A stretch of DNA of 64,000 bases from Callorhinchus milii (taxonomy: Eukaryota), in the NCBI RefSeq assembly GCF_018977255.1, contig NW_024704743.1:107448001-107512000 (forward strand), given 5' to 3'. Made by a program: the position numbers and the translations under genes. Position 1 is the first letter of the stretch; every line of letters begins with the position of its first letter. The notes beneath the pieces are model-generated. The model was not told the DNA's origin and ran no database searches. It worked only from the letters and a program-made list of their open reading frames with translations. This document shows positions 11,453 to 23,769 of this stretch, in pieces.

Positions 11453-12814
11453 CAGTAAAATCGTTCACACTGTGGATTTTAAGAAAAATAATCTACGACA
11501 AGGAATTTAAAAAATGAACTATCCTGGCATTTTCTTGTTATGTACATTTAAACCAAATTTCATACCAAGGCTATCTCCCAATGCTGGCACAACTTATCTT
11601 ATCTCCTCAAGTACCTTACAATGAACCCCATCCCCCCCCCACACACACGTTTTGTATCACTCCCATCCATCCTGAATGTCCTATACACTTGTACGTTCAT
11701 TACTTTTATTCTTTTTACTTAGCTATGTCTCTGTATTACTTTCTACTGTACATCGTAATTGCTGTTTACCACCAATGCCTCTAAGACCACTATTTTATTT
11801 GAAATGCTTCTGGCATTTATGTATGTGTATATATTATACATATAATTACAATCCTTGTCCCTTTAACCTTCCTGTGTTGTCTGGGGCTCTTTGATCTATT
11901 TGCTATTGATTGAATTCATTTTCCTCTATTTTTGCTCTGTTCTCTTCTCCCTCTCCCTTGAAATTCAACTTTTCCCATCTTCTCCTGAATCATCAAACCA
12001 GAGCTCATCATTATCTACCAGCAACACCCCTTTTCCCCCCTTCCCCTTCAAATCTATTTTAAAAGGATCCCAGTTGATGCTTGCACATTTTTTTTAAAAA
12101 TCAGCTTTGTTCCCCATCTAGTTAAGTGCAGAATATCCATCATATAAAAAGGATAAATAAAAAGGTTTTTCTACCTGAAATTTCCCCAGCTATTTACAAA
12201 TTCAATTCCCTCCTGCACACACAATTTACCTTACCATTCGTTGAAGTTAATTATCCTTCTCATTCTTTCCACACCCCCAAGATAATACTGGAAGCAAACT
12301 GGATACCACAGTTGACCAAACACAGAAGAATTGGGGTAGATTACAGAGTGGATTTATAAGTGGCAAATGTCACTTAATGTGGACAAATGTTGAGTGATGA
12401 GATTGAGGAAAGAGAGCAAACAGTGAGAACATAGAATAAATCCTAGGATACGAGAGCAGAGAGGGATTCTGAAGCCTGAAGCACTGGTGGTTGGATCACT
12501 GATGGATTCAACAACACCACCGGGAGATTGTGCTGAAAAGGCATGCAAGGATTACATTTTATTTTTTGAATTATTTAATTACTTTCGACATGTTTGCATT
12601 TTAGAAGCAGAAATGTGTTCAGCTTTTGTTTTGAGGCAGAGCTTTATGTAACAATAAAAATAGCAATCAAGATAATGGGTTTACAATCAAAGGGATAGAG
12701 CACAAATCACAGAAATTATATTGACCATTTGTAGAGCACTGGTCTGGACTCAGCTTGAATACAATTTTGTTTGCCGTACCTCGGCATTGGAGAAGGTGCC
12801 GGGAAGCATGTACA

Positions 12815-13080
12815 TCAAACTGGCTCAGTTGGTAGCACACTCATGTTGGAGTCAAAAGTTTATGGGTTCAAGCCCTTCATCAGGACTTCAAATTCACATA
12901 ATCTGGGCTGACATTCCAGTGCTGGGAGTGTGCTCCTTTGTTGTAGGTTCTGTCCTTCGCATTGCTGTGCACAAATTGGTTGCCAGGTTCACCTACAAGA
13001 GAGAATCACTACATCTTACAGTAAAATCCTATACAGCATTTTGAGACATCCTCCTGACATAACAACTTGCATTTATATAG
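12815..13080 (+). mobile_element. Old Deu-domain SINE with tRNA-like head, internally deleted
   Basis: tggctcagttggtagcac..gggttcaagccc..ggctgacattccagtgc..attgctgtgcacaaattgg. Confidence 0.65.
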
Positions 13081-13771
13081 CGAGATGGAGCAAGATGGGA
13101 TGAAGTGGAGGTTGAAGTCACCCAAGATGAAGAGGTGTTAAGAACAGAGGAAAGATAGAAGGGAGATTTCAGAGGAAATGCAAGAGGGGTTGGGGGTCGG
13201 GGAGAGAAATGATAAATGAGAATTTTTAGGGAGAGATTGGAGGAGGTAAATTTTTTTAATAAGGCAACTAGATTTATTATTAGAATATCACTCAGTGTTA
13301 CTGCATAGTGTTGAACCCCCATCTTAAAGACATTTGATTCAGGAGATCCTGAAAAGAGATACTCAATCTCCAATGTCAAGCTGAACAACCGTGACTATTT
13401 TATAAATACAGCTAATTAAATAAGTAATAACATTCAGCAACTTTCAATCATTTCAAAATTTTCATCTTAAAACCCACCAAACTGACTAAACTATGACCTA
13501 TGTATAAACTTACATTTACAAACAAGTCCAATTAGTTTCCCCAATATTTCAAACCAATTATACACACTTGTTTCAATTAACAAGGCCCAAGGAAATGCTC
13601 TGCGTAACAACTAATTCCACTGAAAGCATTTAGTCAGTCACTGGGGAAAACATATTTTTGAGCTATAGTTAGTTACAACCTTGTATCGCAAATAATCAAG
13701 CTTTTTTTTAAAAAAAAACAGAATACTTTCCTGAATTCAGTAAACAATCGTAGACCAAACAATTTTGTGGA

Positions 13772-13945
13772 TATTATTCCTTGCATTTGATATAGCGCCT
13801 TATCACATCATCGAAACATCTCAAAGCGCTTCACAGAATATACTGCAAAGTGTAGCAGTCGCTGTGTATTTTGTGGTTGAAACGCAGCAACCAATTGCAC
13901 ACAGCAGTGTCTCACAAACAGTCGTGGATTGAGTGACCAACTTAT
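13772..13945 (-). mobile_element. tRNA-SINE 3' half
   Basis: ccttgcatttgatatagcgcc..ggattgagtgacc matches the reverse complement of ~2590-2760. Similar 3' fragments at ~8715(-), 19480(+), 37771(-), 38755(-), 39782(-), 45977(-), 48885(-), 56225(+). Confidence 0.88.
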
Positions 13946-14568
13946 TAAAATAATAAGTAAAATTATTTCAATCTTGAAAGCTAATGGAGGATTTTGTTAA
14001 TAGTAAATTAATATCAGTTAATCTGAAGATTAAAGTAAATTAGCATTATGAATATTATTCAAAAAACATTACAAAAAGCCTTCTCTATTTAATCTCAATT
14101 TTCTGATTGAAACAAATAATTGTTGTTCATTGCAGAATCAGACTGAACTCTGCCCCTGATTTGAGAATATAGTATAGGTATTTTCTGATAGTGATGCAGG
14201 ACAGAGCTCATAACAATAAGATATAAAGCCCCTATTTTACACACATGGACACACAAATACAATTTTTTACTCATTCTAAAGCAAAATGTTTCCACTTTTA
14301 TTCCAGTGGTCATGATTATATTAAATTCTGCAATTCATTAGAGTGTAGGGAGAGTAGGGCAAATGTGTACAGGAGCCTTAAGGAGACTTTAGAACAAAAT
14401 GGACGATACAAACACGTAAAATTTACCACTGATGTAAACTGTGTAAAAAAATCCTTATAAGGAGACGAAAAGGTTTATCGTGCAGGTAATGTGAGCATCA
14501 GCACCTTACAAGGCAATGTTGTCACAGAACAAAGGCGTAGCTACCCAGTGTCATAAAGCATCATAAAC

Positions 14569-14576
14569 TATAAAAG
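14569..14576 (+). promoter_or_regulatory. TATA box of the S2-like gene
   Basis: Consensus TATAAAAG starts 79 nt upstream of the ATG, inside a local CpG-retaining zone; predicted TSS near 14600. Confidence 0.7.
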
Positions 14577-14647
14577 GTGGAAAATCGCCAAACATTTACG
14601 AAAAGCAGTTCGTCCACAAAAAGATTGGTGAAAGAAAGACTAGAGTC

Positions 14648-14890
14648 ATGAAGCCGAGATATCGCGGCAGGCGTGATCAACCTCGCAAACGACACATGAA
14701 AGTGAAGACAACGAAAAAGACCAGGATGAGACGAAAAGGGCAACGTAAGACTTGCTACGCACACAAGCAGAAGCCTTCAAAGGTAATAAAGCCTAAAGCA
14801 GAGAATGAAGTCCAGAATGCCTTAAAAGCAAAACAAAGGAGTCTCAATGAAAGTTTGAGGCATCGAATATCCCTGAAGAAGCATGTTTGA
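14648..14890 (+). CDS. Spermatid-specific basic nuclear (transition) protein, S2/S1-like, 80 aa, single exon
   Basis: The ORF MKPRYRGRR...SLNESLRHRISLKKHV has 17 K + 13 R and only 4 acidic residues. It has a purine at -3 (gagtcATG), an upstream TATA with no intervening ATG, and AATAAA 14 nt after the stop. It matches without gaps my recalled Scyliorhinus canicula S2 protein (C-terminus ..NEVDNTLKAKNKSLNEALKNRLSLRKHV); needs BLAST confirmation. Confidence 0.88.
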   Translation: MKPRYRGRRDQPRKRHMKVKTTKKTRMRRKGQRKTCYAHKQKPSKVIKPKAENEVQNALKAKQRSLNESLRHRISLKKHV

Positions 14891-14904
14891 GTGCAAACTT
14901 ACAA

Positions 14905-14910
14905 AATAAA
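14905..14910 (+). terminator. Polyadenylation signal of the S2-like gene
   Basis: AATAAA lies 14 nt after the TGA stop. A second AATAAA is inside the CDS at 14785-14790. Confidence 0.6.
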
Positions 14911-17404
14911 AAGGTATCAATAACAGTACTTTGAGACTTCCATCCTTTCCTCATCATCACACTCCTCAAAGCTTCCATATTTTCCTTATCATCACTCACC
15001 TCAAGAGAGGGTGATGAAGAATGGAAATGGAAATAGGAATGGACAGGAATGTTAATACCCTGTCAACAGGGATTAAATATTTGTCCATTGCACAATCTAT
15101 TTGTACCGAAAGAGGGGTGTGAGAAAGCTTTTCTCATCCCTTAAAACATCTCCAAAATTAAATGATCTCAGCATGGTATCATTCAACGCAACAGGATCGA
15201 GCCGGAGATACAAGCTGTACACAGCCAAATAAGACACATGTATTCTCCTTTTTAAATGCCGAATATGAGTATTTTTTCAAAGAGTGTTTGGTTTTATTCA
15301 GCCAGTTGTACATTTTTGTTTAGTCAGACTCAAGGGATGCAACTCATCATAATAAATATTGTCCCCAGAATCCATATTTAACACTTTTTGGAAAGGGTTC
15401 CAGTTCTGATTGCACAATAAGTCAGTTGGGGTGATACAACAGTTAGGAGAGGGACTGCCTGTAAAGCAGAATAGCTCTATATTCTGCGTTGCCGAAGGTG
15501 CCGTCTTTTCGTACCACTGACAATGCAGTCCAATCGTGCCAATCAACTGGCTGATTAGATCTCGGGGGTTGGACTAAGAGAAACATGCCAGTAAATTGGT
15601 CTGTGTTCATTGCTGGTTAACATAAATGGGCTGTTTGTACTGGTTGGAGGAGTCTATAACCAGGGATGAGAGTATAAGATAAGAACTAATGGATCTAAAA
15701 AAGAATTTAGGAGGAACTATTTCACATAGTGAGAATGTGGGACTCGCTGCCTGAAGCAGTGGTTCAGGGAGTGAGTGCCAGAATATCACCAGGTGAAGTT
15801 TTTTTTCAGAATTTGTTGAAAAAAAATGGCATGGCATGAGGGACGAGGGACACAACAATACCTTATAAGGCAGTGTCCACTTACATCACAATAGTACCAA
15901 ATATGGGTGTGAATGGCTCACTCGCTGGCGCGAGGCGATTCAACACAGTCTGTGATTGTTGTGTTTGTTTTCAACCTCTGAAACTCCATCAATCTTATCC
16001 TGGATCTATTTGTCTCCATATCCTGTCTAAAAACCACCTCTTCCAGTGCTCAATGTCAAACACCATTCCCTTTGAAGCACTTCAATGCCATCCTACATGA
16101 AGGGTTCTATATAAATGCAAGTTATTTTGTTTATAGCAATATTACAGTCTCTACATCTTTGTAAGGCATTCAAAGGATCATTACAGATTTTTTTTGAACA
16201 GTAGAGTAAGTGAAGATCAAAGATGGGTAGGTGGGAGGATATGAAGAAATTTATAGGCAAGTCTCTTGACCTTGATCCATTGGGAGACAGAGAATAATTT
16301 TTGCCTGCTGTGGTCTGGGGTGATGGTGTGTTGCAGAAAAAAAGACACACACACATACCTACATCACAATGTTTGAACAGATCACTGAGACTTTGAGGAA
16401 TGTTTTTCTACCTTGGATTTCTATTTTGCCAGGCACATTTCCTTAGAGAGAGTTCAGCCCACTCAGGTTCTTCCCCTCTTCCAAGGAGAATATAGTTAGG
16501 AATGGTATTAATTCCACTGGCCTCAAAAGGGCGAGTGTACCCAGTAGGATTTGAACCAAGAACCTTTCCAGTTCCAAGTGTTCAACTCACTGAACTCCCA
16601 AGGATGTTCAGATTGCCTTCCAGAGGGAACAAGCTATCTTAATAGATATTTTTCATATGAACTAGGCTGCAGAGTTGCCAGATACAGGTGCCTCATCCAG
16701 TACACCTCACCAAAGCTAATCTTGTCCTGTTCCGACATAAATACGGCAACTGCTTCAGTGCTACATTTTTTATAGCCACTTTTAAATACATACAACAAAA
16801 AAAATCAGGAGTTAAATTAAGAATATTCTATTGATGCTAAATGCCAACTTACTGCTACAATTTATACCCAAACGCACAACATTGACATTAGCACCAGGTG
16901 TAATATTTTTCTTCAGGTTTCTGAATAATTTACTGAACTTATATTATTTTATGTTTTACATCAAGGGATATGTTGCTGTTTAAAGGAAATGAACAAATTG
17001 TTTATTTGCTCAGGATTTCTTCATTAGGGACAGACGAAACATAATTTATTAGGGAGCAAGTTTGTTGTCCTGTCTCAAGCACGTAGCCACAGCTGCCCCG
17101 ATCAAGTGTAGTCAAGGCAACAGTATAAGGATTAATTCATTGATAGGAATAAGCATTGATCCAGTCAGTAAAAACAAGCTGATCCAGATGGGTTCTGGGC
17201 TTTAGAATTAGCAGTTAGTGTAAGATCAGAGATAGCTGACATAGGCAGGAACCTGGTTCAAGAAGCTCAATTTGGCAAATACTGATTTAGGGATCCCAGC
17301 TACGGGAAAGTTCTGTTGGGAAAATTTTATTTTTGTGAAATCTGTGGGAAGGAAGGGTGAAGCATGATTGCGAAAATATTGAGTTACCGAATGGGTTGGT
17401 AACC

Positions 17405-17696
17405 TGAGGACACCAATTTAAAATAGTTGTTAAAAAAACAGAGGGGAGGTGAGGAGAAATTTTTTCACACAGCGAGTTGTTCGGATCTGGAATTCATTGC
17501 CTGAAGGGGTGGTGGAAGCCGATTCGATAACAACTTTTAAAAGAGAAGTAGATAATTATTTGGGGAGGACACGTTTGGAGGGCTAGGGGGAGAGCAGGGG
17601 AGTCGGATTGAATTGATAGCTCTTTTCAAAGAGGCGCACAGGCTCAATGGGCCAAATGGCCTCCTTCTGTGCTGTATAATTCTATAATTCTATGAT
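17405..17696 (+). mobile_element. CR1 LINE 3' fragment
   Basis: Encodes FFTQRVVRIWNSLPEGVVEADSITTFKREVD; 3' UTR gggccaaatggcctccttctgtgctgt and a (taattcta)n-like tail. Confidence 0.92.
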
Positions 17697-20600
17697 ACTT
17701 TGGGGGAGGCTGTTAGCACAGGGATAAGGAATGGGCCACTTGATCTGCACGAGATTAGCTATTTATTGCCTCATTTGCTCCTCAAAATGTTGCATTCCCA
17801 TTTAAACAAGCATTTGATTCTCATGCAAGATCTTCATCCTGCTGTACCTTAAATATGTAACATGAACAGCTTCATCACATAGCTAAGTAAGCCATTAAAT
17901 TTTGATTGACAAACAGAGTGCTAGACAGCAAGACTGTAAATAACTGTTCTGACCATATGTATCATCATATGGTTGTGTAAATAATTATTGCTTGCACAGC
18001 ACATCTTTGGAGCAAGGAGACAATAGGACAAGCTCACACACTGAGTAATCTTGTAATCTTGCCACTATTTACCTTGTTATAATAAGACTTATTTATTCAA
18101 TATAATTGTTACGTAACAGTAATTTCATTAATACAGTAAACTAGCCTTTGATTTTTTGAAGCAGAACCAGAATAAGGGAGTCTTCATAATATAATGAACA
18201 ATTTTACAAAATAGACAATTTACAAAATAGAAAATATTGCAATCGTTAAACTTTATACAAAAGACAATCAATCTGGTGTATAATAAAACAACAATTTTAT
18301 GCGACAGATTTAGAAACTAGGTCACTACCACAGTGGTAGTTTGATGAATGGAAGCAATAGTATGGGTTGTTGCAGTTGATTAGTAAAAATAATCCTATTC
18401 TTTGCTTCCAAATCAGCCCATGTTTGCCAGTAGTCTAACACTAAATTTCAATGTTTCTAATGAAACAGACATAAAGTGACAATACCATTCTAATTGTTAG
18501 CAAGCAGAAAGTCAGCTAAAATCTGTGCTGGCTAGAGCATTCAAATTACAAGATGTCTCTAAAGCACACATGCAGCATCACAAATTAAATATTTCATGCT
18601 GCAAAGCTATTTATATCTCTATATACATTTCTTCCTCATAAGTGTTGGCTCAATGCTTCCAATTCTTTTCTTGCATTTTCTGCTTTAAAAAAATCCTTAT
18701 GCCTAGTTTTAATCTCTCTTTTTCGGCACAATAGGGCCACATCAAGCTGCATATTTTATTATAATAATAATCCTTGCATTTGATATAGCGCCTTATATAT
18801 ACATTTCAGGAGCAAAATATGATACATTTTGTAATAAACTAAATAATTGCAACAAGTCAACATCCCTGAGTAAAAGATAAATTAGATGTGCCTCACCCAG
18901 AACTGCCAATGTCTATCAACATCAAACTAATGTTTTCATCAATTTATTTTTTAAGAAGAAAATCAATTTCCAGTTAACCATGATCTTTTTCCAATTTGTA
19001 CATATAACACATACATGACTTTTGCTACTTATTCTTCAATGCTACCCATATTACAAGTGAATGAGCATTGGGGTGATAAATGTGACATGTGATAACAATG
19101 GCCAGTGATTAACAAAGATACATCACTGAAATGTTTTGATAATAATCAATAATCAATAAAACCCTTTTTACTCTCCCACCCCCAAATTTTAGCAGAACAA
19201 TTGACCCAAAATACAAATAGCTTCCAGTTGCCAGCATTGTTGTTGAGAGAGCAACATTCATCTAGAAAATGCAAAGTCACTACAATTCACACTAAAAATC
19301 CTGTGAAGCACTTTGAGATCACTTAACAACATGATAAGGTGCTACATAAAATTAAACAATTACATTATATCATGTGTTCTGACGTTTCTACTGTGTGAGC
19401 ATAAACAATAGTCAGCCACTGTCATATGCATTCACCTATACAAGCACGTTTCCTTCATATTTCCTTCAAAAAATAATAATAAATTGGTCACTCAATCACT
19501 GCTGGAATACTGCTGTGCACAATTGGCTGCCGCATTTCTCCCACAAAATATAGAGTAAATTAATTTTACAGTATATTCTGTGAAACGCTTTCAGATGTCT
19601 TGAAGATGCGGTAAAGCGATATATCAAATATCAAATGCAAGGATTATATGCTAGCAAGTTTGAGTTGTTCCTAGTGTCCTTTTATATATTGCTGAATTAT
19701 ATAAATAATAAAATTATAATTATTATTATTTATTATTATTATAAAAGCAATCCCAATTGGTTCTCTTAATTTTTTCCAGGTGTTGTGGTCTTTAAAGACC
19801 ACAGAGGCTTCAAACCCAACCATTCTTTTGAAGTCAAAGGAAGGGAGCAGTTCATATCCATACACATTTGATAATTATCCACTGATTTGGAAGGCAATTC
19901 AGCAACAGAATAGCTAATTATCACATCATACAAGTTTGCAATTTTCACCATTGTCTTAACATGAAATCTAAACCTAATACTAAATCTCTTACAACACACA
20001 AATGCACATCCAGCTCTGTATCCTACAGCTGCACTGAGCTCATCCCCATCATAGAGACACCAGCGATCCTTTTCTACCCAATGAAATACTTCTGATACAA
20101 TTCCAGAGAACAAACATGATATAAAACCAATGGAAAAAACTTCACCAAACATAGATAGCTTGACCAAGGACAAGACCACACTTGGGCTCTGCGCAGAACA
20201 AGATTGGAATACGTTTGCTCCAGGATTTTACTCTAAGCATGAGCCTGACCTTGTATAACCTTCATTATTCATAGTTATGAGGTTAGCCGCACGTATGGAA
20301 TAAAAAAGCTAATAAATACATCACCATCTTGTACCAGCACAAAGTATTCTGTATCATTTATTTCTCTGAAGATTAAAGTGGAGCAATTAATGGTAGACTT
20401 CCTTGAGCTCCAATTAAATTAATGCTACAGATGTTTCTAATTCAGCAGTTACTTGTCTCCCCCCTGTTGACACATCACCTCAGCTGATCTACCATGCTTC
20501 TCCTCTCAGTCGCCTCACCGATTGAAGATGAGTACAAAGAATGTTCAGATTTCAAATTGTGCAAGAAAACATACAGATTCATCTCGAATGAGATGTCTCA

Positions 20601-20796
20601 AAAGTGCGATAAGGCGCTATTATCAAATGCAAGGATTATTATTATTCAAAGCTTTTGACTCCAACATACATAAAATATTATAATAATGATAATAATCTTA
20701 CAGTGTTGAAATGACTCAAAGCACTTCACCAGGATTTTACTGTAGGGTGTGGTGACTGTATTTTACAGGTGAATAATACATATTTTATGAATGATA

Positions 20797-21051
20797 TTGC
20801 CCACAAAATATACAGTCAATTCACTTTACATATTCTGTGAAGCGCTTTGAGATGTCTCTATCAGTGAATTATATTATTTTGTTAGCTCCAGAGGAGGTTT
20901 TTTTTGGCTCTGCTCTTGACAGGATCACTGTGTGATTTGAATTACGGATAATGCATTCACATAATTCGCACAAATGTTTAGCCCTGGATTGTGAAATGTA
21001 GGATTATGTACATGAAAAGGCGCTATGTCAAATCCAAAGATTATTATTATT
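20797..21051 (+). mobile_element. tRNA-SINE 3' fragment interrupted by a ~150-bp insertion
   Basis: The tail breaks after gctttgagatgtctc and resumes at acatgaaaaggcgctatgtcaaat..attattattat. Confidence 0.8.
20862..21012 (+). repeat. Dispersed direct repeat, copy 1 (pairs with 22660-22809)
   Basis: Long shared blocks, e.g. atattattttgttagctcca, ttggctctgctcttgac, gaattacggataatg, attcacataattcgcacaaatgtttag, tgtgaaatgtaggattat. Confidence 0.95.
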
Positions 21052-22659
21052 AGTCCACATTCCTCTGAAGGTTACATCATGCTTGGAAGCAGCAGAGAAT
21101 ATTTGAGTCCATTCTTTTAAAAAAATTATAACAATCTGCAATATACTTCCAGTGTTCACTGGAAATCAGTCTCAAGGCAGTGATGCTCAGTTTCAAAAAT
21201 GGTTGGTGATTCCTCCCTCACACCCCTCCCCCCCACCTTGGCTGAAAACTCCGAGCAAGATTCCTAAAGGATTCCTAAATATTGAATGCTGCGGGTAGCC
21301 GGATGTATGTCCTGCTGACCAGTGGGAATTCCTTTCCATTGCAATGCACTTCCAGGTGCAGATCTCCTGAATATTGGGGTGACATTTTACCAGCAATATG
21401 GAATAGTACATTTTCAAACACCACCCTCCCCCCAGCCCTCACCCCATGTCCTCCCCTCCTCCGCTCCCTTGCACTCCTCCCTTGTGTTATTCACAATGAA
21501 GCAATGTGTGTGCAAACGTTTTAATATATTAGACTATAGAATCTAAATCTGAATTCTGTGAGACTGAGTATGTAGTTGTGCAGTGGGATGTTTGCAGATT
21601 GTTGAAGCATCTTCATAAAATTACATGACATGCGTTTTCCAGCAAGCAGAGAAGCATTCCTTTCCCCAGTATCATTTCTTCTCGTATTTCTTATGTAACC
21701 AATCTCTCAAGAGGAAACCTTAAGGGCAGGGAGTTCCCATCAAAATAACAGCAGCAGGCAGGCCCCCCCCCAGTGCACGCATACATACTCAAACCACATT
21801 GCATTTGTCAAATATCATTATCCTTCATAAACCCACATTACCTAAGACACTGCATCCAGGAAGCTAAATAATGAGCTTTTCTCATGGCGTTATACAAAGA
21901 AAAAGAAAAAGGGAATTTGCTGTTTGTTTTAAGAGGCATTAGAATAAAAGCACTAAGAGTGAAATCATGTGGCATCCAATAAAAACTAAGAATGCAAGAA
22001 CGCTGGGTTTGAGTTCCAACAATGCTTCTCATTCAAATCCACCTTTCTCAGTTTTGGTCATTTCATTTGCACCTTAACTGGGCTGGAAGATGAAGGACCT
22101 TATAAAACATTCCATCAACAGTTTCAGAAGGGAGAAAAAACAATAATTTGCACTAACATAGTGCCACTCACATAGCAAAAGTGTCAAAGCACTTTTTAAA
22201 CTCTGAGTGGGAGCCCGAGCTGGAAGCGAGGTAAAGGGAAGATGGCCAAGGTTGCAAGGTCGCAGTCATAGAGATAAGTTTTTAGTTGAGTTTTGAAAGC
22301 GGACAAAGAGGGAACAAGATGGAGGGATTACAGAAGAGTTCTACAAAATGAGGGCAAATTGGTTGAAATGAGGATTGAATATGTAACATGAGGAACAATT
22401 GAGTGAAAAAGAAAACATGAGAAAGGTGTTAACATTTTCAACCTCTTTAATCCGTAAACATGTACATTCAGAACTGACTTGTCCCTTCCCTGCAGTTGGA
22501 ACTGAGTGAGGTTTAGCTACAAATTTTGCTACAAATTAAATAATGCAGCTTTTTCCTGGTCATTTACTTTTCTACATTTTGTAAGGTTGGCCAGATAGGT
22601 GGGAAATACATGAGATGAGGTAACCAGCGATGCTGCTGCCATATCTTAGATAATGCAGG

Positions 22660-22809
22660 CAGAGAATGATATTATTTTGTTAGCTCCAAAGGAGGGTTTT
22701 TTGGCTCTGCTCTTGACGGGATCAATGCCTGATCTGAATTACGGATAATGTATTCACATAATTCGCACAAATGTTTAGACCTAGAATGTGAAATGTAGGA
22801 TTATATACA
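22660..22809 (+). repeat. Dispersed direct repeat, copy 2 (probable donor)
   Basis: Same blocks as 20862-21012 at an offset of ~1798 bp; not embedded in a SINE. Confidence 0.95.
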
Positions 22810-22889
22810 GCATACTCATAACACAGAGGGGAATTTGAGGGTTTGTGATAATTAGAACTGGTGGTAACGAGAAGAAGCAGAAAATGAAG

Positions 22890-23610
22890 AACCCTTGCAT
22901 TTGGTATAGCACCTTTCACGTCGGGAGGACATCCCAAAGCGCTTCACAGAATTTACTGTGAGATGTAGTGACTGTGTATTTGTGGGTGAGTGCGGCAGCC
23001 AATTTGCACATCAGCAGTGAGCTACAAACAGCCATGAAGTGAATGACCAATTGTATTTGAGGGAGTGTTGACCAGAATACCAGAAGAAACTCAGTCCTCT
23101 TTTTGAATCATGCCATGGAATCTTTAACATTCAGGGACAGGCAAACCGGACTTTGGTTTACCATCTCATTCGAAGGACAGCACCTCCAACTAGCAACATA
23201 CCCTCAGCACTGCATTGGAGTGAAGAATCCTGTAGCTCAGTAGTTAGAGTACACGCCTCACAAGCGAGAGACCTGTGTTCGATTCCCAGCAGGGCGAAAC
23301 CTTGGGCAAGTTTCCTTACTCCACACGTCTGATAATAATCCCTCAAGAAAAAAAAACAATAATAATTTGGTCACTTAATCAACAACTGTTTGTGGGATAC
23401 TGCTGTGCGCAATTGGCTGCCGTGTTTTGCCTACAAATATACAGTCTATTCACTTTGCAGTATATTCTGTGCTTTGAGACGTCTAGAAGAAAAGTGCTAT
23501 ATCAAATGCAAGGATTATCTTAGACTGTATGAGTTCAAGTCCTGATATGGGGCTTAAACCACAACCTTCTGATTTAGAGGTGAGAGACCTATCACTGAGC
23601 CAGGTTGACA
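22890..23610 (-). mobile_element. Near full-length Deu-domain SINE split by a younger SINE
   Basis: L2-like tail at 22890, Deu body to 23222 (..ccctcagcactgcattggagtg), head resuming at 23521-23610 (..aaccacaaccttctgatttagaggtgagag..cactgagcc). Confidence 0.85.
23223..23520 (+). mobile_element. tRNA-SINE, short subfamily
   Basis: A/B boxes present; ccttactccacac is joined directly to tgataataatccctc (internal deletion relative to the 2404 copy). Confidence 0.9.
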
Positions 23611-23769
23611 CAATGGTAATTATCAAGAGCAAGAATTGTTTACATTTATATGGCAAGCTCTTGGGTTTCAATTGGTTAGACTCCAATAGTATCCCAAAGC
23701 ACATTCTGGGGTCCCCAAGCCTTGGCTCTTGCCAACTTGTGCCTAATACTCTCCGTAATTAAGTAAGTG

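Noticed and set aside
14561..14764. 67-aa antisense ORF over the S2-like gene
   Set aside because: Shadow ORF with a non-ATG start and no independent signals.
19766..20179. 137-aa minus-strand ORF (likewise 167..604, 25292..25687, 34181..34537)
   Set aside because: No recognisable domain or gene signals; some overlap decayed CR1 sequence.
22664..22740. C/D box snoRNA candidate (TGATAT..CTGA, ~70 nt)
   Set aside because: The C box deviates from RUGAUGA, the terminal stem is minimal, and the boxes are not kept in the duplicate.
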